Positions 45,646-54,094 of a stretch of DNA of 63,119 nucleotides are shown one piece after another (within the stretch, counting starts at the first letter, position 1; each line of letters starts with the position of its first letter). The DNA comes from Thermoanaerobaculia bacterium (GTDB lineage Bacteria; Acidobacteriota; Thermoanaerobaculia; Multivoradales; UBA5704), in NCBI GenBank assembly GCA_044226625.1, contig JBGAGQ010000034.1, positions 1 to 63,119 on the forward strand, written 5' to 3'. The notes below the pieces were generated by a model, which saw only the letters and a program-made list of their open reading frames with translations, did no database searches and was not told the origin of the DNA. Both the position numbers and the translations under genes were made by a program.

Positions 45646-48219
45646 ATGCCTTCGTTCGGTCGTGGCTCCGGTCGCTTCCTCCTCGTGGCGCTGCTCGCGG
45701 GAGGGAGCGGCGGCGCGTGGGCCGCGCCGAAGCCGCCGGCCGCGGAGGCCGGGGCCGAAGTAACAGGAGCCGAGCTCGCGCCCCGCCACCGGCAATGGCT
45801 CGAAGACGTCGCACTCCTGATCTCCGCGAGCGAGCGAGCGGCGTTCGTGGGGCTCAAGCAGGACTACCAGCGCGACGCGTTCATCCGCCGCTTCTGGGCG
45901 GTACGCGACCCGTATCCCGAGACCGGTCGGAACGAGCTCGAGGACCGGTGGAAGGAGCGGGCCGAGATCGCCCGCCAACGCTTCGGCAACCTCGCCGAGG
46001 ACCGGGCGAAGATGATGCTTTGGAACGGCGTGCCGACCAAGACCGAAGAGTTCCGGTGCCCCGAGGCGACGGTGCCGCTCGAGGTCTGGTCCTACCCGGG
46101 CAATGAGCTGATCCACGGCTTCTTCAACTTGGTCTTCTATCAACCGTCCGGCGGCGGCAAAGGGTCGTTTCGCCTCTGGTATCCGAACGAAGGCCCATCG
46201 CGCCTGCTCGGCCTCTCGGCCTCGGCCATCCCCCCGAGCCAGCTCGGCTCGCCGGGCGACGCCGACAGCGCCGCGGCGCGCTTGATCTCCAACTGCCCGC
46301 GCGGCGACGCGATCATCACGGCGCTCTCCCAGGCGGTCGACTGGAGCCAGGCGGAAACCAAGCTCAACCTCGTGCCCAAGCCGGGCGAGGAGTGGCTCAA
46401 GACCTTCCTCTCGCGCTCGACCGACCTGCCGGAAGGGGTCGTGCTGCTGCCGGCCCGGGTCGAGATCGCGTTCCCCGCACGGCGCCAGAGCCGGACGATC
46501 GTCCAAGGGCAGATCGCCGTCGCCAAGGCCGACGCGGGGCTCGCCAAGGTGGGCGACCGCGCGTCCTACGATTTCGTGGTCGACGGTGAGGTGCTGCGTG
46601 AAGGAGAGCTGTTCGACCAGTTCCGCTATCGCTTCAGCCTGCCGGAGAGCGACGCCCGCGGCGCCGACATCCCGATCGTCTTCGAGCGGACGTTGCGGCC
46701 CGGCACCTATCGCCTGATCGTGCGGGTGGAGGACGCGGGGGGAAAGCGTTACTTCCGCGACGAGCGAGAGCTCGCCGTGCCCGGGGTGGTCGAGATCGCC
46801 GGTTCTGCGCCCGCGACGGCCGCCGTCGCCACGGGAGATCCGCGGCTCGCGGAGGCGAACGCGGCGATCCCCGCCGGCGAACAGACCGTGCGCATCCTGC
46901 CCCCATCGCCCGGCCTGAAGACGGGGACCGCACGGGTCGAGGCGATCACCACTGGCGAGGGGATCGCGAAGCTGGCGTTCGAGCTGAACGGCCGGCCGAT
47001 CCTCATGAAGTCGCGTGCGCCGTGGAGCGTCGACCTGCCGCTCGGCAACCAGCCCCGGACCCACCGGCTGCGCGTCCGCGCGCTCGACGCTCAGGGCGAG
47101 CAGCTTGCGAGCGACGAGGTCCTGTTGAACGCCGGGCCGCATCGCTTCTCGGTCCGTCTGGTCGAGCCGCAGCCGGGCAAGAGCTACGCCGCGAGCCTGC
47201 GCGCCCAGGCCGAGGTCGAGGTCCCCCAAGGCGACGAGCTCGATCGGGTAGAGATGTACCTCGACGAGACGCGCGTGGCGACTCTCTATCAACGCCCGTT
47301 CGTTCAGCCGATCCTGCTGCCGGACGGCAACCGCGTGAGCTACGTCCGCGCCGTCGCCTACCTGAAGGACGGCAACTCGGCCGAGGACACGGTGCTGATC
47401 AACGCGCCGGAATCCGCCGAGGTGGACGTCGACTTCGTCGAGCTCTACACCTCGGTTCTGGATCGGCGAGGGCGACCGGTCGACGGGCTCGACAAAAAGG
47501 ATTTCAAAGTCGTCGAGGACGGCACGGAGCAGACGATCGTCCGCTTCGAAAAGGTGCGCGACCTGCCGATCTACGCCGGGGTTCTGCTCGACACCTCGGC
47601 CTCGATGTCGGAGGAGCTGGAGGACGCCGTCCACGGCGCGCTCCGCTTCTTCGAGACCGTGATCACGCCGAAGGACCGCGCGATGGTCCTCACCTTCAGC
47701 GACAAGCCGTCCGTCGCGGTGCCGTTCACGAACGACAAGGAGGTCCTGGCCGGCGGACTCGCGAACCTGGTGGCCGACGGCAACACGGCGCTCTACGACT
47801 CGATCATCCAGGCGCTGTTCGACTTCGGCGGCCTCCGGGGGAAGAAGGCGATCCTGCTCCTCTCCGACGGCCGCGACGAGGGGAGTCACTACACCTACCC
47901 CGACGCGCTCGAATACGCGAAGCGCTCCGGGGTCGCGATCTACTCGGTCGGCATCCATCTCTCGACCAAAGACGCCGACGTCCGGATGAAGCTCACCCAG
48001 CTCGCCGAGCAGACCGGCGGCCACTTCTTCTTCGTCGAAAAGGCGAGCGAGCTCGAAGGGGTCTACAAGGCGATCGAGGAAGAGGTGCGAAGCCAATACC
48101 TGCTCGCCTACCAATCGAGCCAAAGCGGAACCGGCAACCGCGACAAATTCCGCGATGTGGAGATCAAGCTCCAGAAGCCCGGCCTCGAAGCGAAGGCGAT
48201 CCCGGGCTACTATCCGTAG
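45646..48219 (+). CDS. GWxTD-domain + Ig-like + VWA domain protein
   Basis: WLEDVALLIS..ER..F...FIRRFWAVRDP; DTSASM (MIDAS); TALYD; SDGRD; TGG. Confidence 0.9.
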   Translation: MPSFGRGSGRFLLVALLAGGSGGAWAAPKPPAAEAGAEVTGAELAPRHRQWLEDVALLISASERAAFVGLKQDYQRDAFIRRFWAVRDPYPETGRNELEDRWKERAEIARQRFGNLAEDRAKMMLWNGVPTKTEEFRCPEATVPLEVWSYPGNELIHGFFNLVFYQPSGGGKGSFRLWYPNEGPSRLLGLSASAIPPSQLGSPGDADSAAARLISNCPRGDAIITALSQAVDWSQAETKLNLVPKPGEEWLKTFLSRSTDLPEGVVLLPARVEIAFPARRQSRTIVQGQIAVAKADAGLAKVGDRASYDFVVDGEVLREGELFDQFRYRFSLPESDARGADIPIVFERTLRPGTYRLIVRVEDAGGKRYFRDERELAVPGVVEIAGSAPATAAVATGDPRLAEANAAIPAGEQTVRILPPSPGLKTGTARVEAITTGEGIAKLAFELNGRPILMKSRAPWSVDLPLGNQPRTHRLRVRALDAQGEQLASDEVLLNAGPHRFSVRLVEPQPGKSYAASLRAQAEVEVPQGDELDRVEMYLDETRVATLYQRPFVQPILLPDGNRVSYVRAVAYLKDGNSAEDTVLINAPESAEVDVDFVELYTSVLDRRGRPVDGLDKKDFKVVEDGTEQTIVRFEKVRDLPIYAGVLLDTSASMSEELEDAVHGALRFFETVITPKDRAMVLTFSDKPSVAVPFTNDKEVLAGGLANLVADGNTALYDSIIQALFDFGGLRGKKAILLLSDGRDEGSHYTYPDALEYAKRSGVAIYSVGIHLSTKDADVRMKLTQLAEQTGGHFFFVEKASELEGVYKAIEEEVRSQYLLAYQSSQSGTGNRDKFRDVEIKLQKPGLEAKAIPGYYP

Positions 48220-48222
48220 ACT

Positions 48223-48831
48223 TTGACCGCACACCGCGAACCGCTTCCGCCCCTCGTCCTCGCCTCCGCCTCCCCCCGCCGCCGCGAGCTGCTCCAGGGG
48301 CTCGGCCTGACGTTCTCGATCCGTCCCGCCGACCTCGACGAGACGCCGTTCCCGAACGAAGAGCCCGGACCGTATGTCCTCCGCTTAGCGAAGGCCAAGG
48401 CGGCGGCCGTCGTCCAGCCTGGGGAGATCGCCCTGGCCGCTGACACCGTCGTGGTCTTGGATGGAGAGCTGCTCGGAAAGCCTCTAGATCAGGAAGACGC
48501 CGAGGCCATGCTCCGGAAGATCGCCGGCCGCGAGCATGAGGTCTATACCGGGGTGGCCCTTCACTATGCGGCGGAGCCCCTCCGCGAGGTCGCGAACCTC
48601 ACCTGCTCGAACGTCCGCATGGCGGCCATGGACGACACGACGATTCGCTGGTACGTCCAAACCGGCGAGCCGATGGACAAGGCCGGCTCCTACGGAATCC
48701 AGGGCTACGGGGCGCTGTTCGTCGAGAGCGTCCACGGCAACTACACGAATGTGGTCGGCCTGCCGATCCCGGCCGTCGGTGCGCTGTTCGCCGAGCTGGG
48801 GTGGGGGGTGGAGGAGTGGGTCGGGCGCTGA
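48223..48831 (+). CDS. maf: Maf nucleoside triphosphate pyrophosphatase
   Basis: LASASPRRRELL, ADTVV, GKP, DKAGSYGIQG, NVVGLP. Confidence 0.95.
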   Translation: MTAHREPLPPLVLASASPRRRELLQGLGLTFSIRPADLDETPFPNEEPGPYVLRLAKAKAAAVVQPGEIALAADTVVVLDGELLGKPLDQEDAEAMLRKIAGREHEVYTGVALHYAAEPLREVANLTCSNVRMAAMDDTTIRWYVQTGEPMDKAGSYGIQGYGALFVESVHGNYTNVVGLPIPAVGALFAELGWGVEEWVGR

Positions 48832-48914
48832 TGTCACTGTCGAGGCCTGAGCCCGGGCTCATTTTCGTCGGAAGGAAGCTGCATTACGATAGTCGGGGAG
48901 ACAAGGAGATCGTC

Positions 48915-49151
48915 ATGGCAAGAGCCGCCGCGGAGATGGCTGCCGAGATTCGAACTCTCGACCCCGTGGAGCAGAGCAAGCTATTGCGCATGCTGCTCGA
49001 CGACCTGGATGGACCGGCAGATCCCGACGTGGACCGTGCGTGGATTGAAGAGGCTCAGCAACGTAGCCAGGAGCTGGAGGCTGGGCTCGTCAAGGGCATT
49101 CCCGCAGAAGAAGTTCTCGCCAACGCGCGCGCTCGCCTTCGCGCCCGATGA
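48915..49151 (+). CDS. putative addiction module antitoxin (TIGR02574-like)
   Basis: AAGGAG RBS; VDRAWIEEAQQR...IPAEEV; ATGA overlap with the toxin gene. Confidence 0.8.
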   Translation: MARAAAEMAAEIRTLDPVEQSKLLRMLLDDLDGPADPDVDRAWIEEAQQRSQELEAGLVKGIPAEEVLANARARLRAR

Positions 49152-49462
49152 AGGTTGAGTTTCTACCGGCGGCAGAGGAGGAATTGAACGAAGCTGCGGC
49201 CTTTTACCAAGAGCGAGTGCCTGGCCTCGGCGAAGATCTCGTGGCTGAGGTGGAGCTGGCGCAGGATCTCTTGTCCCTCCAACCCAACTTGGGAACAAAA
49301 CTGGACGCCAAGCATCGGCGGTTACCCCTCCGCCGGTTTCCCTTCGGACTCATCTTCCGGGTCGATCCGGACGCAGTCCGAATCGTGGCGATAGCGCACA
49401 ACCGGCGGCGCCCCGGCTACTGGCGATCGCGGACCCTTAGCAGGCCGGCAGAACGAAGATGA
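49148..49462 (+). CDS. RelE/ParE family toxin
   Basis: FLPAAEEELNEAAAFY, RRFPFGLIF, IVAIAHNRRRPGYW. Confidence 0.9.
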   Translation: MKVEFLPAAEEELNEAAAFYQERVPGLGEDLVAEVELAQDLLSLQPNLGTKLDAKHRRLPLRRFPFGLIFRVDPDAVRIVAIAHNRRRPGYWRSRTLSRPAERR

Positions 49463-49585
49463 AGAAGGCTGAAGCTGAAGACGAGGAAAAGCTGAGGCCC
49501 GCCACCGAAACACCCTGACCCTCTGGAACGTCGATCGCCAAGCGTCGCAGCATGGTGAAAAGTCTAAATCGATTCGAGCTTCGAG

Positions 49586-49948
49586 TCATTCCTTCTTCCC
49601 CTCCCCGCCCACCTTCACCTTCTTCGTCCGCTTACGCGGCGTCCGAGGTTCGATTCCGAACGCGACGAGCCTGGGGTAATCGAAACCGAAGTGGGCTTTG
49701 AGATGGGCGGCGAGGACGAGCCGCTTCTGACGGGCGGCGTAGGCGAGCTTTTGGCGGCGTTTGATGAGGCCCCGCAGCTGGCCGTTGGCGACTTCGATCT
49801 CGGCACAGAGTCGCTGCATCTCGTCCATCATTTGCCTTAGCTCTTCGCGATCGGCGCGCGCGTGAGGGACTTCCTCGATGGCGGATTCGAGGTTGTTGAC
49901 CAGAACATGCCACTGCTCGATCTGGTGAGCGTAGGTTCCGTGCGACAT
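49586..49948 (-). CDS. small all-helical protein of unknown function with basic C-terminal tail (120 aa)
   Basis: GAGGAGG RBS; amphipathic helices; ends LKAHFGFDYPRLVAFGIEPRTPRKRTKK. Confidence 0.8.
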   Translation of the reverse strand: MSHGTYAHQIEQWHVLVNNLESAIEEVPHARADREELRQMMDEMQRLCAEIEVANGQLRGLIKRRQKLAYAARQKRLVLAAHLKAHFGFDYPRLVAFGIEPRTPRKRTKKVKVGGEGKKE

Positions 49949-49990
49949 CTGTGTCCCTCCTCGAAATACGACAAGCGGCTCCTCGGTAGG

Positions 49991-50210
49991 CGGTCTCTGG
50001 GTCAGGATACGAGTCCGTGAGTCGGAGAATGAGTCTCGGGCCCGGGGACAAAGTCTCTGAATCAGAGATTCTATCGCGGACTCAGAGACTTATTCCCGGA
50101 AACAGAGATTATATCTCCAGGTGAAGGAGCTGTTCTCTAACCCAGAGAGTCGTTCTTCGGGCTAAAGATTGAGTCTCTGGTCAAAGGATCCATTCTCGGA
50201 TCCAGGGATC
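49991..50210. repeat. phased array of 11 degenerate 20-bp palindromic units (TCTCTG-N3-CAGAGA)
   Basis: TC at unit positions 4-5 in 11/11 units and GA at 17-18 in 10/11; exact 20-bp period. Confidence 0.9.
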
Positions 50211-50464
50211 GCTTGCCAGCGGCTCACGACGACTCTCCGTCGGCACTTCCCGGTTCCGTGACAGAGGAATGGATTGCCCCCTCCCCGTTTGGCGCCGTCG
50301 CGGCCCGCGCGATAGCATCTCCTCTCCGTAGCTCCCGCCGGCCCCCCGGGCCGCTTCGCGCCTTTCCAGTCTTCGAATTCCGGTCGTCCGCCGCGGGACG
50401 GATGCCGACTGTCAAGAATCAGCTCGCTGGCCGGGAGATTCGCCAGGAGATTAGGAGAACCGCC

Positions 50465-51616
50465 TTGGATTTCGCCCTTTCGGCCGAGCAGATCCAGATC
50501 CGCGACACCGCGCGCGAATTCGCGCGGAAGGAAGTCGATCCGATCGTCGACGAGATCGACGAGCAGCAGAAGTTCCCGCGCGAGGTGATGAAGAAGGCCG
50601 GGGATCTCGGTTTCCTCGGCGTCATCTTTCCCGAGGAGTACGGCGGCGCGGGGCTCGGCTACGTCGAATACGTGCTGGTGATCACCGAGCTGTCGAAGGT
50701 CGACCCGTCGGTCGGCATCTCGATCGCCGCCCATAACTCGTTGGGCACCAATCACATCTACAAATTCGGCAACCCCGAGCAGCGGAAGCGCTGGGTGACC
50801 CCTCTCGCCTCGGGCGAGAAGATCGCCGCCTGGGGTCTGACCGAGGCGGGTTCCGGCTCGGACGCCGCAGGGGCGCGGACGACCGCGCGGAAAGTCGACG
50901 GCGGGTGGGTGCTCAACGGCTCGAAGGCGTTCTGTACCCACGGCTCCGTGGGCGACACGGCGGTCGTGATGGCGGTGACCGATCCGGAGGCCAAGCGCGG
51001 CCGGCACATGTCGGCGTTCGTGGTCGAAAAGGGGACCGCTGGCTTCCGCCCGGGCAAGAAGGAAAACAAGCTCGGCATTCGGGCCTCGGACACGGCGGAG
51101 CTGATCTTCGAAGAGTGCTTCGTGCCGGACGAAAACCTGCTCGGCGAGCGGGGCGAGGGGTTCAAGCAGGCGCTCGCGATCTTGGACGGCGGCCGGATCT
51201 CGATCGCCGCCCTGGGACTGGGCACCGCAATCGGCGCCTATGAAACCTCGCTGAAGTACGCCAAGGAGCGCGAGCAGTTCGGTCAGGCGATCGCGGCGTT
51301 CCAAGCCGTGCAGTTCCATCTCGCCGAAATGGCGACCAAGATCGCGGCGGCCGAGATCCTCACGTTCGCCGCCGCCGAGGCGAACGACCGCGGCCAGAAG
51401 TTCTCCCAGCTCGCGTCGGAAGCGAAGCTCTACTCCGGCGAGGCGGCTGTCTTCTGCTCCGAGCGGGGCGTCCAGATCCACGGCGGCTACGGCTTCATCA
51501 AGGACTACCGGGCGGAGAAGTACTACCGCGACGCCAAGATCTGCACCATCGGCGAGGGGACCAGCGAGATCCAGCGCCTCGTGATCGCCCGCGGACTGCT
51601 CAAAGGGAAGGGATGA
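50465..51616 (+). CDS. acyl-CoA dehydrogenase
   Basis: GLTEAGSGSD, NGSKAF, GRI, REQFG, QIHGGYG, IGEGTSEIQR; TTG start after AGGAG. Confidence 0.95.
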   Translation: MDFALSAEQIQIRDTAREFARKEVDPIVDEIDEQQKFPREVMKKAGDLGFLGVIFPEEYGGAGLGYVEYVLVITELSKVDPSVGISIAAHNSLGTNHIYKFGNPEQRKRWVTPLASGEKIAAWGLTEAGSGSDAAGARTTARKVDGGWVLNGSKAFCTHGSVGDTAVVMAVTDPEAKRGRHMSAFVVEKGTAGFRPGKKENKLGIRASDTAELIFEECFVPDENLLGERGEGFKQALAILDGGRISIAALGLGTAIGAYETSLKYAKEREQFGQAIAAFQAVQFHLAEMATKIAAAEILTFAAAEANDRGQKFSQLASEAKLYSGEAAVFCSERGVQIHGGYGFIKDYRAEKYYRDAKICTIGEGTSEIQRLVIARGLLKGKG

Positions 51617-52626
51617 CGTCGGATCTGCCGCACCGCCCCGTACGCGCGCGGGGACCGGAAAACCTGGACGCTCTGATCGACCGTCTGCTCCGGCGCGAGC
51701 CGCGGGCGCTCGCTCGGGCAATCTCGCGGCTCGAAGACGGTGGACCGGAGCAGCGCCACCTCGTCGCGCGGCTCTATCCAAAGACCGGTAACGCCCGGGT
51801 GATCGGTCTCACCGGCCCGCCGGGCGCCGGCAAGAGCACCCTGGTCGATCGCCTCACCCGCCACCTGCGGGCGCGCGGCGAAACGGTCGCGGTGCTCGCG
51901 GTCGACCCGACCAGCCCGTTCACGGGCGGGGCCCTGCTCGGCGACCGCATCCGGATGCAGGGGCACTACACCGATCCGGGGGTGTTCATCCGCTCGATGG
52001 CGACCCGCGGCACGATGGGCGGCCTCGCCCGCGCGACGCGCGACGCGATCGACCTGCTCGACGCCGCGGGGTTCGATTGGATCCTGGTCGAGACGGTGGG
52101 CGTCGGCCAGGACGAGGTCGACGTAGTGAAAAGCGTCGATTCTGTGGTGGTCGTGACGGTGCCCGGTTTGGGCGACGACATCCAGGCGATCAAGGCGGGC
52201 TTGATGGAAATCGCCGACGTCTTCGTGATCAACAAGGCGGATCGTGAGGGGGTCGAACGCTCGGAGCGCGACCTCGAAATGATGCTCTCCCTGGGCGAGC
52301 ACGGCGAATGGATCCCGCCGATCGTCCGCACCGTCGCGAGCCGCGACGAGGGGCTCGACGGGTTGATCGAGGCGATCGAGCGGCACCGCGAATTTCTTCG
52401 CGCCGGCGGCCAACTCGCGGCGCGGCGCCTTTCGCACCTCCGGCTCCGGGTGGAGACGATCCTGAAAGAGCGGGTGATCGCCGCGGCCGACCGCGTGGTG
52501 GGTGTGGAGCGCGCGGTCGAGGCGGGGTTCTCGCAACGGGTGGACCCCTACGAGGTGGCCGAGCGGCTGTTCCGCGGCGTGGTCGAAAGCGCCGCGGCCC
52601 TGCAGAACGCCGAGGAGGAAGAATGA
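51613..52626 (+). CDS. meaB: methylmalonyl-CoA mutase-associated GTPase MeaB
   Basis: GPPGAGKST, AVDPTSPFTGGALLGDRIRM, ETVGVGQ, INKAD. Confidence 0.95.
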   Translation: MTSDLPHRPVRARGPENLDALIDRLLRREPRALARAISRLEDGGPEQRHLVARLYPKTGNARVIGLTGPPGAGKSTLVDRLTRHLRARGETVAVLAVDPTSPFTGGALLGDRIRMQGHYTDPGVFIRSMATRGTMGGLARATRDAIDLLDAAGFDWILVETVGVGQDEVDVVKSVDSVVVVTVPGLGDDIQAIKAGLMEIADVFVINKADREGVERSERDLEMMLSLGEHGEWIPPIVRTVASRDEGLDGLIEAIERHREFLRAGGQLAARRLSHLRLRVETILKERVIAAADRVVGVERAVEAGFSQRVDPYEVAERLFRGVVESAAALQNAEEEE

Positions 52627-53057
52627 TCGGCAAGATCGATCACATCGGGATCGCGGTCGCCTCGATCGCCGAGGCGCGGAAGACCTACGAGGCGCTCGGG
52701 CTCGCGGTGACGGTCATCGAGGACGTGCCGCACGAAGGGGTTCGCGTCGCCTTCATCCCCTGCGGCGAGACGCGCATCGAGCTGCTCGAGCCTCTTTCGC
52801 CCGATTCGACGGTCGGAAAGTTCCTCGAAAAGCGGGGCCCCGGCGTCCACCACCTCTGCCTAGCGAGCGACGACGTCCGTGCCGATGACGCGCGCTTGCG
52901 CGAGCAGGGTTTCGCCGTCCTCCGCCCCGAGCCCACTCGCGGCGCCGGAGGCTGCTGGGTTCAGTTCGTCCACCCGAAAAGCACGGGCGGAGTGTTGCTC
53001 GAGCTGTCCGAGCCGGGGGATCCCGAAGGGCCCGGCGGTCACGGATCTCGGTCCTGA
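52623..53057 (+). CDS. mce: methylmalonyl-CoA epimerase
   Basis: IDHIGIAV, IELLEP, GVHHLC, FVHPKSTGGVLLEL. Confidence 0.93.
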   Translation: MIGKIDHIGIAVASIAEARKTYEALGLAVTVIEDVPHEGVRVAFIPCGETRIELLEPLSPDSTVGKFLEKRGPGVHHLCLASDDVRADDARLREQGFAVLRPEPTRGAGGCWVQFVHPKSTGGVLLELSEPGDPEGPGGHGSRS

Positions 53058-53059
53058 TC

Positions 53060-53849
53060 CTCTAGCGGCCTTTCAGGCCGCCTTTCTGTAGGCAACACCG
53101 GACCCAGGGCATCGGCCTTCGGCCTCAGCCCTGGGCTCCATTCTGCCGGCCCTTCGGGCCGGTCCCATGACCTCGGCCGTCGCTTTGGGCAGGCTGGCGG
53201 CCTTTTAGGCGGCCTTTCTTCAGGCACCGGCAGATACAGGGCATTGGCCTTCGGCCTCAGCCCTGGGCTCGATTCTGCCCGCCCTTCGGGCCGGTCGCAT
53301 GACCGTCGGCCATCGCTTCGGGCAGGCTGGCGGCCTTTCATGCCGCCTTTCTTCAGGCACCGGCAGATCCAGGATATTGGCCTTCGGCCTCAGCCCTGGG
53401 CTCGATTCTGCCGGCCCTTCGGGCCGGTCCCCTGACCGTCGGCCGTCGCTCGAGCTAGGTTTTGTCCGCAATCCACGCGCTGGTCCCCCTGCGAGCTCGT
53501 TTTTTCCGCGTCGACACGCAGAATCCCTGCTCCGTCGCTCCGTCTTCTTCGGCCCAACGGGCCGAAAGAACCCAGCCCAGGGCTGAGGCCGAAGGCCGAT
53601 GCCCTGGGGGAGAGGCACCCCACTTCGTGCCGGTCTCCCGACCATCGGCCGTGGCTCGAGCTAGGTTTTGTCCGCGGTCCACGCGTAGAGCCCCCTGCGA
53701 GCTCGATTTTTCCGCGTCGACACGCAGAATTCCTGCTCCGTCTTTTTCGGCCCAACGGGCCGTAAGAACACAGCCCAGGGCTGAGGCCGAAGGCCGATGC
53801 CCTGGGGGGAGAGGCACACCACGACCCGCGGCCTGAAAGGCCGCTAGAG
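53060..53849. repeat. 790-bp composite REP/BIME-like repeat cluster
   Basis: Three direct ~133-bp units and two inverted ~200-bp units share GGCCTTCGGCCTCAGCCCTGGGCT. The block is bounded by a perfect 22-bp inverted repeat, CTCTAGCGGCCTTTCAGGCCGC. Confidence 0.88.
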
Positions 53850-54094
53850 CCGGGACGCGGACGCCACCCCGTCGATCGCGGCGTGCCGCGCGAGGAGTAC
53901 CGCACCGTGGGTCTTTCGGACCGCTTCGCCGGCGATCGCTACTCGGAGAACCGCTATCGCCAAGAACGGCGGGAGCTCGGCGAAGAGGTTCCCCATCGGA
54001 CGACCTACAACCTGATCGGTGACGAGGCAGGCGGAGGGCGCTCGGATTCCGAAGGAGAGAACGAGGCTGGGCCGCTGCTCGAAGGAAGCGAGGG

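Noticed and set aside
45574-48234. Long antisense or alternate-frame ORFs (this one, and e.g. 438-1799, 16963-19113, 23488-25677, 31403-33829, 39991-41760)
   Set aside because: Shadow ORFs expected at ~70% GC, lying opposite or over genes with clear family motifs.
49991-50210. 20-bp array as a CRISPR array
   Set aside because: Units are contiguous and degenerate with no unique 25-45 bp spacers, and there are no cas genes in the window.
53060-53849. Repeat cluster as CRISPR, and its ORFs (53039-53905) as genes
   Set aside because: Units are long, partly inverted and lack unique spacers; the ORFs are just translations of the repeats.
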